Positions 1-9,742 of a DNA stretch of 64,000 bases are shown here, piece by piece. The first letter of the stretch is position 1. Each line of letters starts with the position of its first letter. Source of the DNA: a virus; the IMG/VR virus record IMGVR_UViG_3300042891_000377, positions 40,172 to 104,171 of that record. One strand, written 5' to 3'. The notes beneath the pieces are model-generated. The model saw only the letters and a program-made list of their open reading frames with translations, searched no databases and was not told where the DNA came from. Both the position numbers and the translations under genes were made by a program.

Positions 1-24
1 AATCAAACTTGAACCTGACACAAA

Positions 25-510
25 ATGATCTTTAATAAAATTAAAGAACTCAAGCAAGAAGGTAAGAAAATCGGTATAACTTTTAGTACGTTTGACATGC
101 TACATGCTGGCCATATAGCTATGTTAAGCGAAGCTAAAAATCATTGTGATTACCTAATTTGTGGCCTACAAACAGATCCAACTATTGATCGTCCTGATAC
201 TAAGAATAAACCTATTCAAAGTATTGTAGAACGACAAATACAATTAGCCGCGTGTCGCTATGTAGATGAAGTGGTTATCTATCAAACAGAACAAGACCTA
301 ATTGACCTGTTGCTAATCTTACCATTGGATGTGCGTGTCTTAGGTGTTGAATATGAACACGAAGAGTTTACAGGGCGAGAGGAATGTATGATGCGTAACA
401 TTGAATTGGTGTTTAATGGACGTGATCACAGTTTCTCTAGTTCAAGTTTGCGTAAACGTGTAGCACATGCCGAAACAATTAAACTATTAAAGGATGGGCA
501 TAATGGGTAA
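25..510 (+). CDS. Cytidylyltransferase-like nucleotidyltransferase (TagD/RfaE-C family)
   Basis: FSTFDMLHAGH (HxGH) motif; C-terminal SSSSLR motif. Confidence 0.85.
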   Translation: MIFNKIKELKQEGKKIGITFSTFDMLHAGHIAMLSEAKNHCDYLICGLQTDPTIDRPDTKNKPIQSIVERQIQLAACRYVDEVVIYQTEQDLIDLLLILPLDVRVLGVEYEHEEFTGREECMMRNIELVFNGRDHSFSSSSLRKRVAHAETIKLLKDGHNG

Positions 511-685
511 TATTAAAGTTGGTTTATTAATGATCATTGCATGGCTTGCATTAGTATGGGCAGTGTATGGTTCAAGCGTAGAACATATCACTATGAAATA
601 TGATTGTGCTATTGCAGAAATTAGCCCAGATGTTCCACAAACTGTTAAAGAACAATGTAGGAAACTACAGGAAGGTAAGAAATAA
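494..685 (+). CDS. Small membrane-anchored hypothetical protein
   Basis: N-terminal hydrophobic helix, two Cys; overlaps both neighbours; start may be 503. Confidence 0.6.
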   Translation: MGIMGNIKVGLLMIIAWLALVWAVYGSSVEHITMKYDCAIAEISPDVPQTVKEQCRKLQEGKK

Positions 686-1218
686 TGGATGTAATGTTAG
701 ACTTAGAAACACTAAGCACACGACCAGAAGCAACTATCTTAACATTTGGCGCTATTAAATTTAGCCCATACAATCAAGAGCCCATGACAGATGGTATCTA
801 CTATCGTATTAACGTTGATGAACAAATTGAGTTAGGCAGTCATGTAGACGAAAATACTATTGCATGGTGGGGCAAACAAGCAGATGATGTACGTGAAGAA
901 GCACTTAGCCCAGAGAACCGTATTAGTCTTGAAGAGTTCACACAAAACTTAAATCGTTTCCTAGTAGGTGCTGACAATATTTGGGCACAGGGTCCGGTGT
1001 TTGATATTGTTATTTTAGAAAACTTATATAGACGATTGGGCAAACCTTGTCCATGGCAGTTCTGGCAGATCCGTGATAGCCGTACTTTGCTTAGTAGTCT
1101 TGGTGACCCACGTGATAAAAACAAAGCAGGCCTGCACAACGCATTGGAAGATGCGGTTTCACAAGCACAGGCAGTACAAATTGTGTTTAATAAGTATAAT
1201 ATAATTAAACAACAATAG
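685..1218 (+). CDS. DEDDh 3'-5' exonuclease (RNase AS-like)
   Basis: DLETL (ExoI), FD (ExoII), HNALEDA (ExoIII). Confidence 0.85.
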   Translation: MDVMLDLETLSTRPEATILTFGAIKFSPYNQEPMTDGIYYRINVDEQIELGSHVDENTIAWWGKQADDVREEALSPENRISLEEFTQNLNRFLVGADNIWAQGPVFDIVILENLYRRLGKPCPWQFWQIRDSRTLLSSLGDPRDKNKAGLHNALEDAVSQAQAVQIVFNKYNIIKQQ

Positions 1219-1225
1219 AGAAATA

Positions 1226-2056
1226 ATGAATATAGTCACTAAACTTAGTTCGGACACTAAAGTAAAAATTTTACAAGCGTTGGTGTATGTAATTTTACTA
1301 ATTACGTTAATTACCGCGTGGAGTACTAGTTTATTCTTAGTTGGATTGGGGCTAGGGTGGTTCCTATGGTTAGCAGGTGTACACGGAAGCCTACACAAAT
1401 ATTCAAGTCATAGATGTTTTGATGCTAAAAATAAACTAGCTGAACATTTTATTTTGTTAATGGGAACACTTTGTAGTTTAGGTAGTAATATTAGTTGGGC
1501 TGCTACACATCGTAAACATCATCAACATTCGGACCAAGAAGGTGATCCTCACAGCATACACACTGGCACGGGCAGTTTTTGGCGAGCAGTAAAGATATAC
1601 TTTTATTATTTTCCAACATACTTAATTAATCCTCGTACAATTAAAGATCTAACAGTTGACCCGCTACATAAATTATATCACCAGCACTATTATAAAATTG
1701 TTCTTGCTTATGTATTAATACTAGCCGCCATAGATCCAATATATGTAGGATATTTTTGGGCACTGCCTGTGTTTTATGTCTACACTGGAATCAGTTATAT
1801 TACAGTAATGGCACACAACATTACTCTGCACAAATTTATTGGTTATAAGAATTTTAAAACTACTGATCAAACATTTAACTGGCATCTAGCTAGTATTTTA
1901 TTACCTGGTGAAGGTAATCATAATAATCATCATGCTTTACCAGGTGCAGCTAAAAATGCCTTAAAGAAAGGTGATATTGATTTGGGTTACTGGTATTTAA
2001 AAATAGTAGGCAAAGTATCTACTAATCAAGATTATTATCAAAAGTTTGTTACCTAA
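1226..2056 (+). CDS. Membrane fatty acid desaturase (delta-9 type)
   Basis: His boxes HKYSSH, HRKHH, GEGNHNNHH; TM segments. Confidence 0.85.
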   Translation: MNIVTKLSSDTKVKILQALVYVILLITLITAWSTSLFLVGLGLGWFLWLAGVHGSLHKYSSHRCFDAKNKLAEHFILLMGTLCSLGSNISWAATHRKHHQHSDQEGDPHSIHTGTGSFWRAVKIYFYYFPTYLINPRTIKDLTVDPLHKLYHQHYYKIVLAYVLILAAIDPIYVGYFWALPVFYVYTGISYITVMAHNITLHKFIGYKNFKTTDQTFNWHLASILLPGEGNHNNHHALPGAAKNALKKGDIDLGYWYLKIVGKVSTNQDYYQKFVT

Positions 2057-2802
2057 TGACAAATTATAATAAAATTAAATTGGCTCAGGGGGTATCGGTA
2101 TTAGCCACAATACTAACCTTGACATTTGAATTTGATTTAACATTGTTACTGTTGGGATTAGCGGTCAGTTGGGTATTCTATTGTATAGGATTATCAATTT
2201 GTCTACATAAATTATCTAGTCATCGAACTTTTGAACCTAAAAACGCTGTAATTAAATACATTTTGTTATGGTTTGGTACAGTAGTAACTATGGGTAGTAC
2301 TATTAATTTTGCCGCTGGGCATAGACAGCATCACAGAATGAGTGATACTCCTGATGATCCTTACTGTTTAACCGGTACATTATGGCATAAAGTTAAACTA
2401 TTCTTTTATTGGTTCCCAGCATATAAGATAAGTCCGTTAATTATTAAAGACCTATTACGTGACAAGGATCATGTTCGCTTTAATAACAACTATTGGAAGA
2501 TACTGTTACTTTATCCTATTATCTTATTAGCAATCGACCCTGTGTGGTTTGGATACTTTTATGCATTGCCTGTTACTTACGTATTGTTGGGCATGGGCTA
2601 TGTAACAGTTATTGCGCATTTACGTTTAGGTAACAGACCCTACGACACTAACGATAATAGTTGGGATAGTAAACTATTTGCTCTATTGCTAGCAGGTGAA
2701 GGATATCATAATACTCATCATGCTTATCCAGGATGGAGCACCTTTGGCCCATTGGATGTTGCAGGGCACGTAATAGAATTAATAAGGAAGAAAGATGTCT
2801 AA
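2056..2802 (+). CDS. Second membrane fatty acid desaturase
   Basis: His boxes HKLSSH, HRQHH, GEGYHNTHH; paralog of upstream gene. Confidence 0.85.
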   Translation: MTNYNKIKLAQGVSVLATILTLTFEFDLTLLLLGLAVSWVFYCIGLSICLHKLSSHRTFEPKNAVIKYILLWFGTVVTMGSTINFAAGHRQHHRMSDTPDDPYCLTGTLWHKVKLFFYWFPAYKISPLIIKDLLRDKDHVRFNNNYWKILLLYPIILLAIDPVWFGYFYALPVTYVLLGMGYVTVIAHLRLGNRPYDTNDNSWDSKLFALLLAGEGYHNTHHAYPGWSTFGPLDVAGHVIELIRKKDV

Positions 2803-3502
2803 ACAACCATTGGTACTAATAGGATCTAGAGCCTTAATGGATTTTTATACAGACACCTGCGAAGTATTAGGTATCGAACTATTAGGCTTCTTGGATCAAT
2901 ACTATTGGGGCAATACAGAAAGTATTAGTGGAGTCCCCTGCATTGGTAGTGAATTAGACCTTATCGACAATCCTAAGAAATATGCCGATGCTAAGTTTAT
3001 GATTGCCAATACCTGGGACGGAAACAGTCGTTTTGAAAATTTAGAACACGACGGCTATCATTTAAGACAGCAACGTTTAGCATTTGTTAAACAGTTAGAC
3101 TTACCGTGTTATACTCTAATTGATCCCAGAGCAATTGTTGCTAAAAATAATCAAATTGGACAAGGCACATACATTGGTCCATTAGCTAATATTAGATCTA
3201 GGAACGTTATTGGCGAGCACGTGTTTATACACGATAATGCTATCATGGCGCACGATGTACATGTGGGTGAAAATAGTATATTAGGTGTTGCTAGTGTTAT
3301 TATGGGCGGAGTGCGTGTAGGCGAAAATGTATACGTGGGTTCAGGTGCATTATTAGTTAACGGAAAAAGTACTAAACAACCATACATTACAGTGGGAAAT
3401 GACTGTAAGATACACGCTGGTGCATTGGTGCAAAAAGATATGGAAGCTGGTACAACTGCTACATTTGTAGGCAAGTACCTAAGAAGAACAGACCTAAGTT
3501 AA
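2795..3502 (+). CDS. Hexapeptide-repeat sugar acetyltransferase (NeuD/PglD-like)
   Basis: N-terminal Rossmann-like region, TLIDPRA, left-handed beta-helix repeats, HD motif. Confidence 0.8.
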   Translation: MSKQPLVLIGSRALMDFYTDTCEVLGIELLGFLDQYYWGNTESISGVPCIGSELDLIDNPKKYADAKFMIANTWDGNSRFENLEHDGYHLRQQRLAFVKQLDLPCYTLIDPRAIVAKNNQIGQGTYIGPLANIRSRNVIGEHVFIHDNAIMAHDVHVGENSILGVASVIMGGVRVGENVYVGSGALLVNGKSTKQPYITVGNDCKIHAGALVQKDMEAGTTATFVGKYLRRTDLS

Positions 3503-3511
3503 GGAACGAAA

Positions 3512-3832
3512 ATGGAAATTATATTTGGTAGAGAAAATGCAGAAAAACTGCGTGAAAAATATACTGTGTTAGATTTAGAAACAGTTGAAAAAGATGGAGT
3601 TGAATTAGAAGTATTCTGCTTAATACCAGCTGATAAAATTAGTCTTGGTGATTTGCCTACACTAGAGCAGTATACTAATCTACATGCGGAATTTCTTGAA
3701 GGATATAAGAATAAACACTACGACTACTGCCGTCAGTGCATCACTTACCTAATGGGTAAGTTTTCCGGTGAAGTTGACACGTTTTATGAAGAAATACTGC
3801 GTAGAATCGATGAAATAGACCCTCCAAAGTAA
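3512..3832 (+). CDS. Hypothetical protein resembling the C-terminal region of the CHASE2 adenylate cyclase at 17176-19200
   Basis: IIFGRENAEKLREKYTVLDLETV vs LIIGPKTAEYCKDDFPVVWLDNI; HAEFLEGY vs HEEYRKEY; FYEEILRRI vs YYELMIERM. Confidence 0.6.
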   Translation: MEIIFGRENAEKLREKYTVLDLETVEKDGVELEVFCLIPADKISLGDLPTLEQYTNLHAEFLEGYKNKHYDYCRQCITYLMGKFSGEVDTFYEEILRRIDEIDPPK

Positions 3833-3853
3833 TACTATAAGTTAATTATAATA

Positions 3854-3885
3854 GAGCCCCTGTTAAATAATACTAACGGGGGCTT
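3854..3885 (+). promoter_or_regulatory. Hairpin overlapping a TAAATA late-type promoter in front of csgF
   Basis: GAGCCCCTGTTA-aataatac-TAACGGGGGCTT; TAAATA at 3864-3869. Confidence 0.55.
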
Positions 3886-3889
3886 TCTC

Positions 3890-4387
3890 ATGATTAGGAC
3901 ACCTATCTGCAATCTTTTAATGGTCGCCATGCTAATTGCCGGCGCCAATATCGTGCAGGCTGGGGAAATGGTCCATACCTTTAACAGTCCGGCATTCCAC
4001 GGACAAGGATTTGGTATACATGCCCTTACAATTAAGCAATTAGAAGATCAAGCCAAAGACAAGCGCGAATCTGCCGCAGAAGCTATACAGGCTAAAGCAG
4101 AATCTGCTGCACTTAATACTCCGCAGGCACGCTTTATTGCTAATCTGGAATCGAGAATTTATAGTCAGTTGGCTAAACAACTAACTGATAGTATGTTTGG
4201 GGAAGGTGCTACTTGTACTACAGCAGGCATAGTATGTGGTAATATTCCAAACTTAGGTGGTAACAGTATCCAGTGGAGTCTTGGAGCAGGTAGTGATAAT
4301 GGTTTGATTATTATCACCATACAAGATTTAAGTAATGTTGACAATGTAACAACTATGAAAGTACCGGCGGGCTCATTTTATTTTTAA
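3890..4387 (+). CDS. csgF: Curli assembly protein CsgF-like
   Basis: Signal peptide then GEMVHTFNSPAFHG (CsgF N-terminal motif); FIANLESRIYSQLAKQL; directly upstream of csgG. Confidence 0.8.
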   Translation: MIRTPICNLLMVAMLIAGANIVQAGEMVHTFNSPAFHGQGFGIHALTIKQLEDQAKDKRESAAEAIQAKAESAALNTPQARFIANLESRIYSQLAKQLTDSMFGEGATCTTAGIVCGNIPNLGGNSIQWSLGAGSDNGLIIITIQDLSNVDNVTTMKVPAGSFYF

Positions 4388-4396
4388 GGATGATAA

Positions 4397-5263
4397 ATGA
4401 ATAAAACACTTATATCCTTATTAATAGCCGCGCTGTTAACAGGATGCGCTACAGGTAGTGTTATTAAAGAAAAAATAACAGGTGAGCAATTTGACAAGCC
4501 TGAGATAGTACGTGAAACATATTTTACTAAACCAGAGAATAAGGTATTACCTCCAAGTGGTGGGCCTATTCCTATAGCAGTATATAGTTTTCAGGATAAA
4601 ACTGGACAGCGTAAGAATATACCTAACGTGGCTAGTTTTAGTACTGCGGTAACACAGGGTGCAGAAGCATATCTAATTGGTGCTCTACAAGACGTAGGCG
4701 ACCAACGTTGGTTTACTGTGTTAGAGCGTGTGGGCTTAGATAACTTGATTAAAGAGCGTCAAATGATTCGTCAAATGCGTGAACAATATCAAGGACGTGA
4801 CGCTAAGGCATTACCACCAATGATGTTTGCTGGTGTTATTGTAGAAGGAAGTGTAACAGGTTATGATAGTAATCTGCTTACAGGAGGTAGTGGTATGCGC
4901 ATACTAGGTATCGGAGCACAAACGCAATACCAAAGTGATACAGTTACAATTACTCTAAGAACAGTAAGCGTTAATACAGGTGAAGTATTAACAACTGTAA
5001 CAGTTACTAAAACAGTGTTAAGCTACATGGACAAACTTGGTATACTAAAGTTTGTTGAAGAAGGCACAAAAGCCGTTGAAGCTGAAACTGGTATGAGTAT
5101 CAATGAAAGTGTCAATAAAGCAACTAGCCTAGCAGTTAAGGCTGCTGTAATTGCTACTATTCGAGAAGGAGTGCGTAAAGGGCACTGGGCATTTAAGGAA
5201 GAGCCTAAGCCTGTAGTACAAACAGATGGTGTAAAATACCCTTTGTTAGAAACAAAAAAATAA
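4397..5263 (+). CDS. csgG: Curli secretion channel CsgG (outer-membrane lipoprotein)
   Basis: Lipobox LTGC; AVYSFQDKTGQRK, STAVTQGA, WFTVLERVGLDNLIKERQMIR. Confidence 0.92.
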   Translation: MNKTLISLLIAALLTGCATGSVIKEKITGEQFDKPEIVRETYFTKPENKVLPPSGGPIPIAVYSFQDKTGQRKNIPNVASFSTAVTQGAEAYLIGALQDVGDQRWFTVLERVGLDNLIKERQMIRQMREQYQGRDAKALPPMMFAGVIVEGSVTGYDSNLLTGGSGMRILGIGAQTQYQSDTVTITLRTVSVNTGEVLTTVTVTKTVLSYMDKLGILKFVEEGTKAVEAETGMSINESVNKATSLAVKAAVIATIREGVRKGHWAFKEEPKPVVQTDGVKYPLLETKK

Positions 5264-5296
5264 TAATAGGATTTTAAAAATCCAAGGAGCAACACG

Positions 5297-6082
5297 ATGA
5301 AATATAATTTAAAAGCAACGGTAAGTATGATGTTTTTAGCATTGTCAACATCGGTAATGGCCGCAGGCCCAACAGGTCCTAACCGTGTTTACATTGAACA
5401 ATTGGGTAACACCAATAATGTTACAATTGAACAAGTTGGCGGCACTAACGATGTTGGTGGTACCGCTGGTAGTGTAGCAGTTGACGCAACAGGTCTAAGT
5501 ACATTAACAGTAACAGCACCTAGTACAAGTAACTATGCTACAATTAACGGCAGTAATAACGGTGTAACTATAACGCAAACTGGTGACGATAATCAATCAC
5601 AGTACAACATTAAAGGTGGCAATAACAGCTTTACAAGTACTCTAACTGGTGATGGTAATCAAAGTAAACTTACTATTGGTAATAGCACCACTAATGGTAT
5701 GCGTAATACTGTTACTGAAACTGTTACAGGTAGTACTAATATGTTGATTACTAATATTGTTGGTAGTGACAACGCATTATCAACTACTATCACTGGTAGC
5801 AGTAACCAACTGACTACTGATGTAACTACTAGTAATGCTGATATTACCAACACTATTAGTGGTAGTAACAATATATTTAATATACAACAACGAGATGCTG
5901 CAGGCAGTGCTGGCCATAGTTTAATCACATCAACTACAGGTGATTATAACAGTATTACTACACAGCAACAAGGTACAAATGATACTACATTGAATATTAG
6001 TACAACTGGTGATCATAACACTATTACTATACGTTCAAGTAGCAGTGCTATAGTAAGCCCAGTATCAGCAATAGTGAGATAG
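5297..6082 (+). CDS. Secreted curlin-repeat (CsgA/CsgB-like) beta-solenoid protein
   Basis: Signal peptide; repeated IxQxGxxN / GxxN units rich in T, N, G, S; follows csgG. Confidence 0.75.
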   Translation: MKYNLKATVSMMFLALSTSVMAAGPTGPNRVYIEQLGNTNNVTIEQVGGTNDVGGTAGSVAVDATGLSTLTVTAPSTSNYATINGSNNGVTITQTGDDNQSQYNIKGGNNSFTSTLTGDGNQSKLTIGNSTTNGMRNTVTETVTGSTNMLITNIVGSDNALSTTITGSSNQLTTDVTTSNADITNTISGSNNIFNIQQRDAAGSAGHSLITSTTGDYNSITTQQQGTNDTTLNISTTGDHNTITIRSSSSAIVSPVSAIVR

Positions 6083-6085
6083 TCA

Positions 6086-7177
6086 ATGAAACTATTGCTT
6101 GCTTTAGCGTGCTTAGTAGCAACTACTAACGCATGGGCAGGCATTGGAACTGTAAGCGATACTAAAGGTACCGCTTGTTCAATAGAGCGTGCTAAACAGA
6201 CCCTGCCTGGCAACAAAGGTGCGACCATAGAAAGTATGGATACCTATGTTACAGGCGGCTGTGTTAGCAATATCACATTTAAAGATGACACCAAAGTAAA
6301 AATAACAGAAAACAGTCGACTAATGATAGACGACTTTGTTTACGATCCTAAAAAATCCGACGCAGGTAAACTAGCTCTTAAAGTAGGTATGGGCACAGTA
6401 CGTTATGCCTCTGGACAAATTGCTAAAAACAATCCACAAAAGGTAGATATTAAAACACCCACAGCTAGTATTGCTGTTCGCGGTACAGACTTTAACATGA
6501 CTGTAGACGAAGCAGGACAGAGTTTAGTTATTCTTGTGCCTAGCTGTAAAGATGGTGAAAAGATTAAAGAATACGAGCTAGAAGAAAACTTATGTAAAGT
6601 GGGCAAGATCGAAGTCAGCACACTGGCTGGTGTAGTTACCTTAGACAAAGCATTTGAAGGTACGTATGTAACCAGTGCTAACATGATGCCTAGTCCTCCA
6701 GCTATTATTAACACAATTGAAAGTAAGATTGGTAACAGTCTTATTATCACTCGCCCACCCGAAATTGTCAAAGCTAGTAAAGAAGCAGGTAAAAGCAAAC
6801 GTGATCTAGAACAAGAAGAACTAGAAGCTATTCAAGCAAGTCAACTTGCTCAACGTATAGCTAAAGAAGGTGAAGCTAAAGCTGTAGTGTTGCCTTATAG
6901 CTTTGACAGTGGTAAATCAGGATGTAATCCGGCAATCAATGTCTGCGTTAAATGGGAAAATCCGGATGGTGAAAGCATACAGGCCAAAGGTCGAGGTATA
7001 GCGTTTCGTCAAAGTGAAGATCACTATGCAGAAGTTAAAACACAGGGCTACGAAAGTAATACGTCAATTGAAATAATTCACGATGATAATATTGCCTCAG
7101 CTACAATTGGTTCGGGCGATCCAGGTGGCAATGTAGTGCGTATCAAACAGAATTCTGGAGTGTTAAGACGACAATGA
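6086..7177 (+). CDS. Secreted FecR-domain protein
   Basis: Signal peptide; ITFKDDTKVKITENSRLMID; TPTASIAVRGTDF (FecR signature). Confidence 0.8.
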   Translation: MKLLLALACLVATTNAWAGIGTVSDTKGTACSIERAKQTLPGNKGATIESMDTYVTGGCVSNITFKDDTKVKITENSRLMIDDFVYDPKKSDAGKLALKVGMGTVRYASGQIAKNNPQKVDIKTPTASIAVRGTDFNMTVDEAGQSLVILVPSCKDGEKIKEYELEENLCKVGKIEVSTLAGVVTLDKAFEGTYVTSANMMPSPPAIINTIESKIGNSLIITRPPEIVKASKEAGKSKRDLEQEELEAIQASQLAQRIAKEGEAKAVVLPYSFDSGKSGCNPAINVCVKWENPDGESIQAKGRGIAFRQSEDHYAEVKTQGYESNTSIEIIHDDNIASATIGSGDPGGNVVRIKQNSGVLRRQ

Positions 7178-8301
7178 AACGGCTCCTTGTAATCTTATTA
7201 TTAGTTTGCTCCAATACCTGGGCCGCAGGACTTGCTGGACTTAATTATCAGAACTATGCCGCAGGTGGTGCTATGCCATCATATACGCAAGATGCTAATG
7301 GAAACATCACTAATCGCACACTACTATCAACTGGAACTGTGAATACGGTGGGATTAACTACTAGTAGTGGAGCAGGCTTGCCTACTCGCAGTGATGGATT
7401 TATAGTTCGTTTCTATGGTTACATCAATATAGAAACAGCAGGTACATATTACTTTGGCGGGCAAGCAGACGACGGTATCCGTATTAAGATTAATAACATA
7501 TCTGTGGTTAATAGTTGGATAGAATCTGGCGGCGCATTTAGAGAAGGCAGCATTACTTTGTCAGCAGGAGTTGTTCCGGTAGAAGTAATGTATTACGAGA
7601 ACGGCGGTGGACAAATGGTTAACTTCCAATGGTTTATGAACGGCTATTGGCAGATTGTACCTACAGCGTCGATAGCTACAGATACTACCTATTGGGCGCC
7701 TGCGGCTCCTGTACTATGTTGCGGCGGCAGTTCGTCAAGTTTTAATGCTAGTCCATCTAATGTAACAAAAGTACAGTCATACGCCACAAGGAATACCAAT
7801 GACAGTCAGGTGTACATAGACCAAATTGGTAATGATAACGAGATCACAGTTAACCAAACAGGTACTAAAAATAACTACACAGAATACAATAGTAGTGGTA
7901 GTTTCAATACCGTTAATATCTCACAAACTGGTAATAGTTCAACAACAGCAAACTACGTAGAACTAAATGTCAACGGTGATAGTAATATAGTAAATCTAAC
8001 GCAGCAGAGTACAGGTGGTGCCAAGGGTATCTACGCTACAGTTAACGATGACAATAATAATGTAACAGTCTTACAGAAAGACGGTGGTAATGCTTACTTA
8101 AACTTAAACCTAAGTGGCGGTAATAAAACTGTAGACATAACGCAACAAGGCAGTGCTGCACACATGGCTGACATTACTCTAACTGGAGCAGGTGCTAGAA
8201 GTTTAAACTTAAATCAGCAAGGTAGCACACAACAGTTTTACAGTATTAATAGTAGTTGCGCTAGTGCCTGTCAGGCAATAACAGTAATACAAGGACAATA
8301 A
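7174..8301 (+). CDS. Secreted PA14-domain plus curlin-repeat protein
   Basis: PA14 motifs GTYYFGGQADDGIRIKIN and YYENGGG; C-terminal QxGxxN repeats. Confidence 0.75.
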   Translation: MKRLLVILLLVCSNTWAAGLAGLNYQNYAAGGAMPSYTQDANGNITNRTLLSTGTVNTVGLTTSSGAGLPTRSDGFIVRFYGYINIETAGTYYFGGQADDGIRIKINNISVVNSWIESGGAFREGSITLSAGVVPVEVMYYENGGGQMVNFQWFMNGYWQIVPTASIATDTTYWAPAAPVLCCGGSSSSFNASPSNVTKVQSYATRNTNDSQVYIDQIGNDNEITVNQTGTKNNYTEYNSSGSFNTVNISQTGNSSTTANYVELNVNGDSNIVNLTQQSTGGAKGIYATVNDDNNNVTVLQKDGGNAYLNLNLSGGNKTVDITQQGSAAHMADITLTGAGARSLNLNQQGSTQQFYSINSSCASACQAITVIQGQ

Positions 8302-8334
8302 CAGCAGAATCAGTGCTGTAACGTTATTAATAAC

Positions 8335-8371
8335 TGTTGTATTTTTACAACATTGTTATCAAAAAACAACA
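8335..8371. promoter_or_regulatory. Tandem palindromic operator-like sites upstream of the porin promoter
   Basis: TGTTGTA-tttt-TACAACA (8335-8352) followed by a degenerate copy TGTTATC-aaaa-AACAACA. Confidence 0.45.
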
Positions 8372-8376
8372 AAAGG

Positions 8377-8405
8377 TTGACTCTCCATTATAAATACTGT
8401 ACACT
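8377..8405 (+). promoter_or_regulatory. Sigma70-like promoter with an embedded late promoter (TATAAATA 8389-8396)
   Basis: TTGACT-17-TACACT. Confidence 0.6.
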
Positions 8406-8452
8406 GATAGTATAACATATTAGTGTTATCCAATAAAAGGAGAAGTATCGTA

Positions 8453-9664
8453 ATGAAGAAATTATTATTAGCAACATTATTAGCAAGTATGTATTCAACT
8501 GCGAACGCTGGCATTCAAATTCCAGCTGGTGATTGGACTCTAGACATCGGCGGCGTTGTAAACGCTTACTACACAAACACACGCGGCACAGGTGATGCTG
8601 TAGTTGGTGGCGCCGGTGGCCCTAATACCAATGGTCAACGCAATGAATCAAATATTACAACTGGTCTATTACCAAACGTATTATCAGTTTCTGGTAAATC
8701 ACGTCAAAATGATTTAGACATTGGTTTCACTATTGCAATCAATCCAGGCGCTTCAACAACAGCAGCTGGTGATCAAGGCGCTAACCAAGAAAATCGTCAA
8801 GCATTTTTGACTATCGGTGATAAATCATGGGGTAGTGTAAAACTAGGTAAAGACCTAGGTATTTTCGCTAGTGATGCTATCTTAAACGACATGACATTGT
8901 TAGGTGTTGGTTCTGGTGCTGGCGCACTAGCTGGTAACACAACTACATTGGGTCGTATTGGTACTGGTTATATGTACGCTGACTGGAAATCACAAATTGC
9001 TTACACATCACCAAACTTTAATGGATTTCAATTCACAGCAGGTGTAACACAAGCATGGAATGCTCAAACAGCTGACTTAAATGCAGCAACAGCAGGTGTA
9101 CAAGCTGCTTCAGCAACTTCAACAGGCCGTGGTGGTGCACAACCAGCTTTCGAAGGTAAAGTATCTTACTCATTAGCAGGTCCCATTGCTGCTAAAGTTT
9201 GGTCAAGTGCCATTACACAAAAAGTTGAAGGTGTTACTGGTGCCAGTGCCGATGACCGTGCTTATGCTTGGGACGTTGGTACAAACTTAACAGCTGGTCC
9301 ATACGGTTTAACTGCTTATTACTTTGATGGTAAAGGTATTGGCCGTACACTTCAATTAGCTGATGGTTTTGATACTACTGGTCGTCGTCGTGATTCAAAC
9401 GGTGGTTATGTACAAGGTACATACACATTGCCAACAGCAACTAAACTTGGCGTAAGCTGGGGTCAAAGTAAACTAGATCGTAACAGTGGTGAAACAGCAA
9501 CCGCATTAGTTTCGAAAAACGAAATGTGGACACTTGGTGCTTACCACCCACTTACTAAATCAGTTAACCTAGTAGCTGAATACTCAGACGTTAAGTCAGA
9601 AGCACAAAACGGTGCTGAAGGCAAATCACGCTCAGTATCGGCAGGTGCTATCTTATTCTTCTAA
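8453..9664 (+). CDS. Gram-negative general porin
   Basis: AGGAG RBS, signal peptide, ENRQAFLTIG..WGSVKLGK, IAYTSPNFNGFQF, C-terminal Phe. Confidence 0.88.
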   Translation: MKKLLLATLLASMYSTANAGIQIPAGDWTLDIGGVVNAYYTNTRGTGDAVVGGAGGPNTNGQRNESNITTGLLPNVLSVSGKSRQNDLDIGFTIAINPGASTTAAGDQGANQENRQAFLTIGDKSWGSVKLGKDLGIFASDAILNDMTLLGVGSGAGALAGNTTTLGRIGTGYMYADWKSQIAYTSPNFNGFQFTAGVTQAWNAQTADLNAATAGVQAASATSTGRGGAQPAFEGKVSYSLAGPIAAKVWSSAITQKVEGVTGASADDRAYAWDVGTNLTAGPYGLTAYYFDGKGIGRTLQLADGFDTTGRRRDSNGGYVQGTYTLPTATKLGVSWGQSKLDRNSGETATALVSKNEMWTLGAYHPLTKSVNLVAEYSDVKSEAQNGAEGKSRSVSAGAILFF

Positions 9665-9688
9665 GATTAACTTCTTAGTCTAATAATT

Positions 9689-9715
9689 AAAAAGCCCACT
9701 CCGGTGGGCTTTTTT
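9689..9715 (+). terminator. Intrinsic terminator
   Basis: AAAAGCCCAC-tccg-GTGGGCTTTTTT. Confidence 0.85.
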
Positions 9716-9742
9716 ACGGAGATAACATCATTTGGTTAAAAA

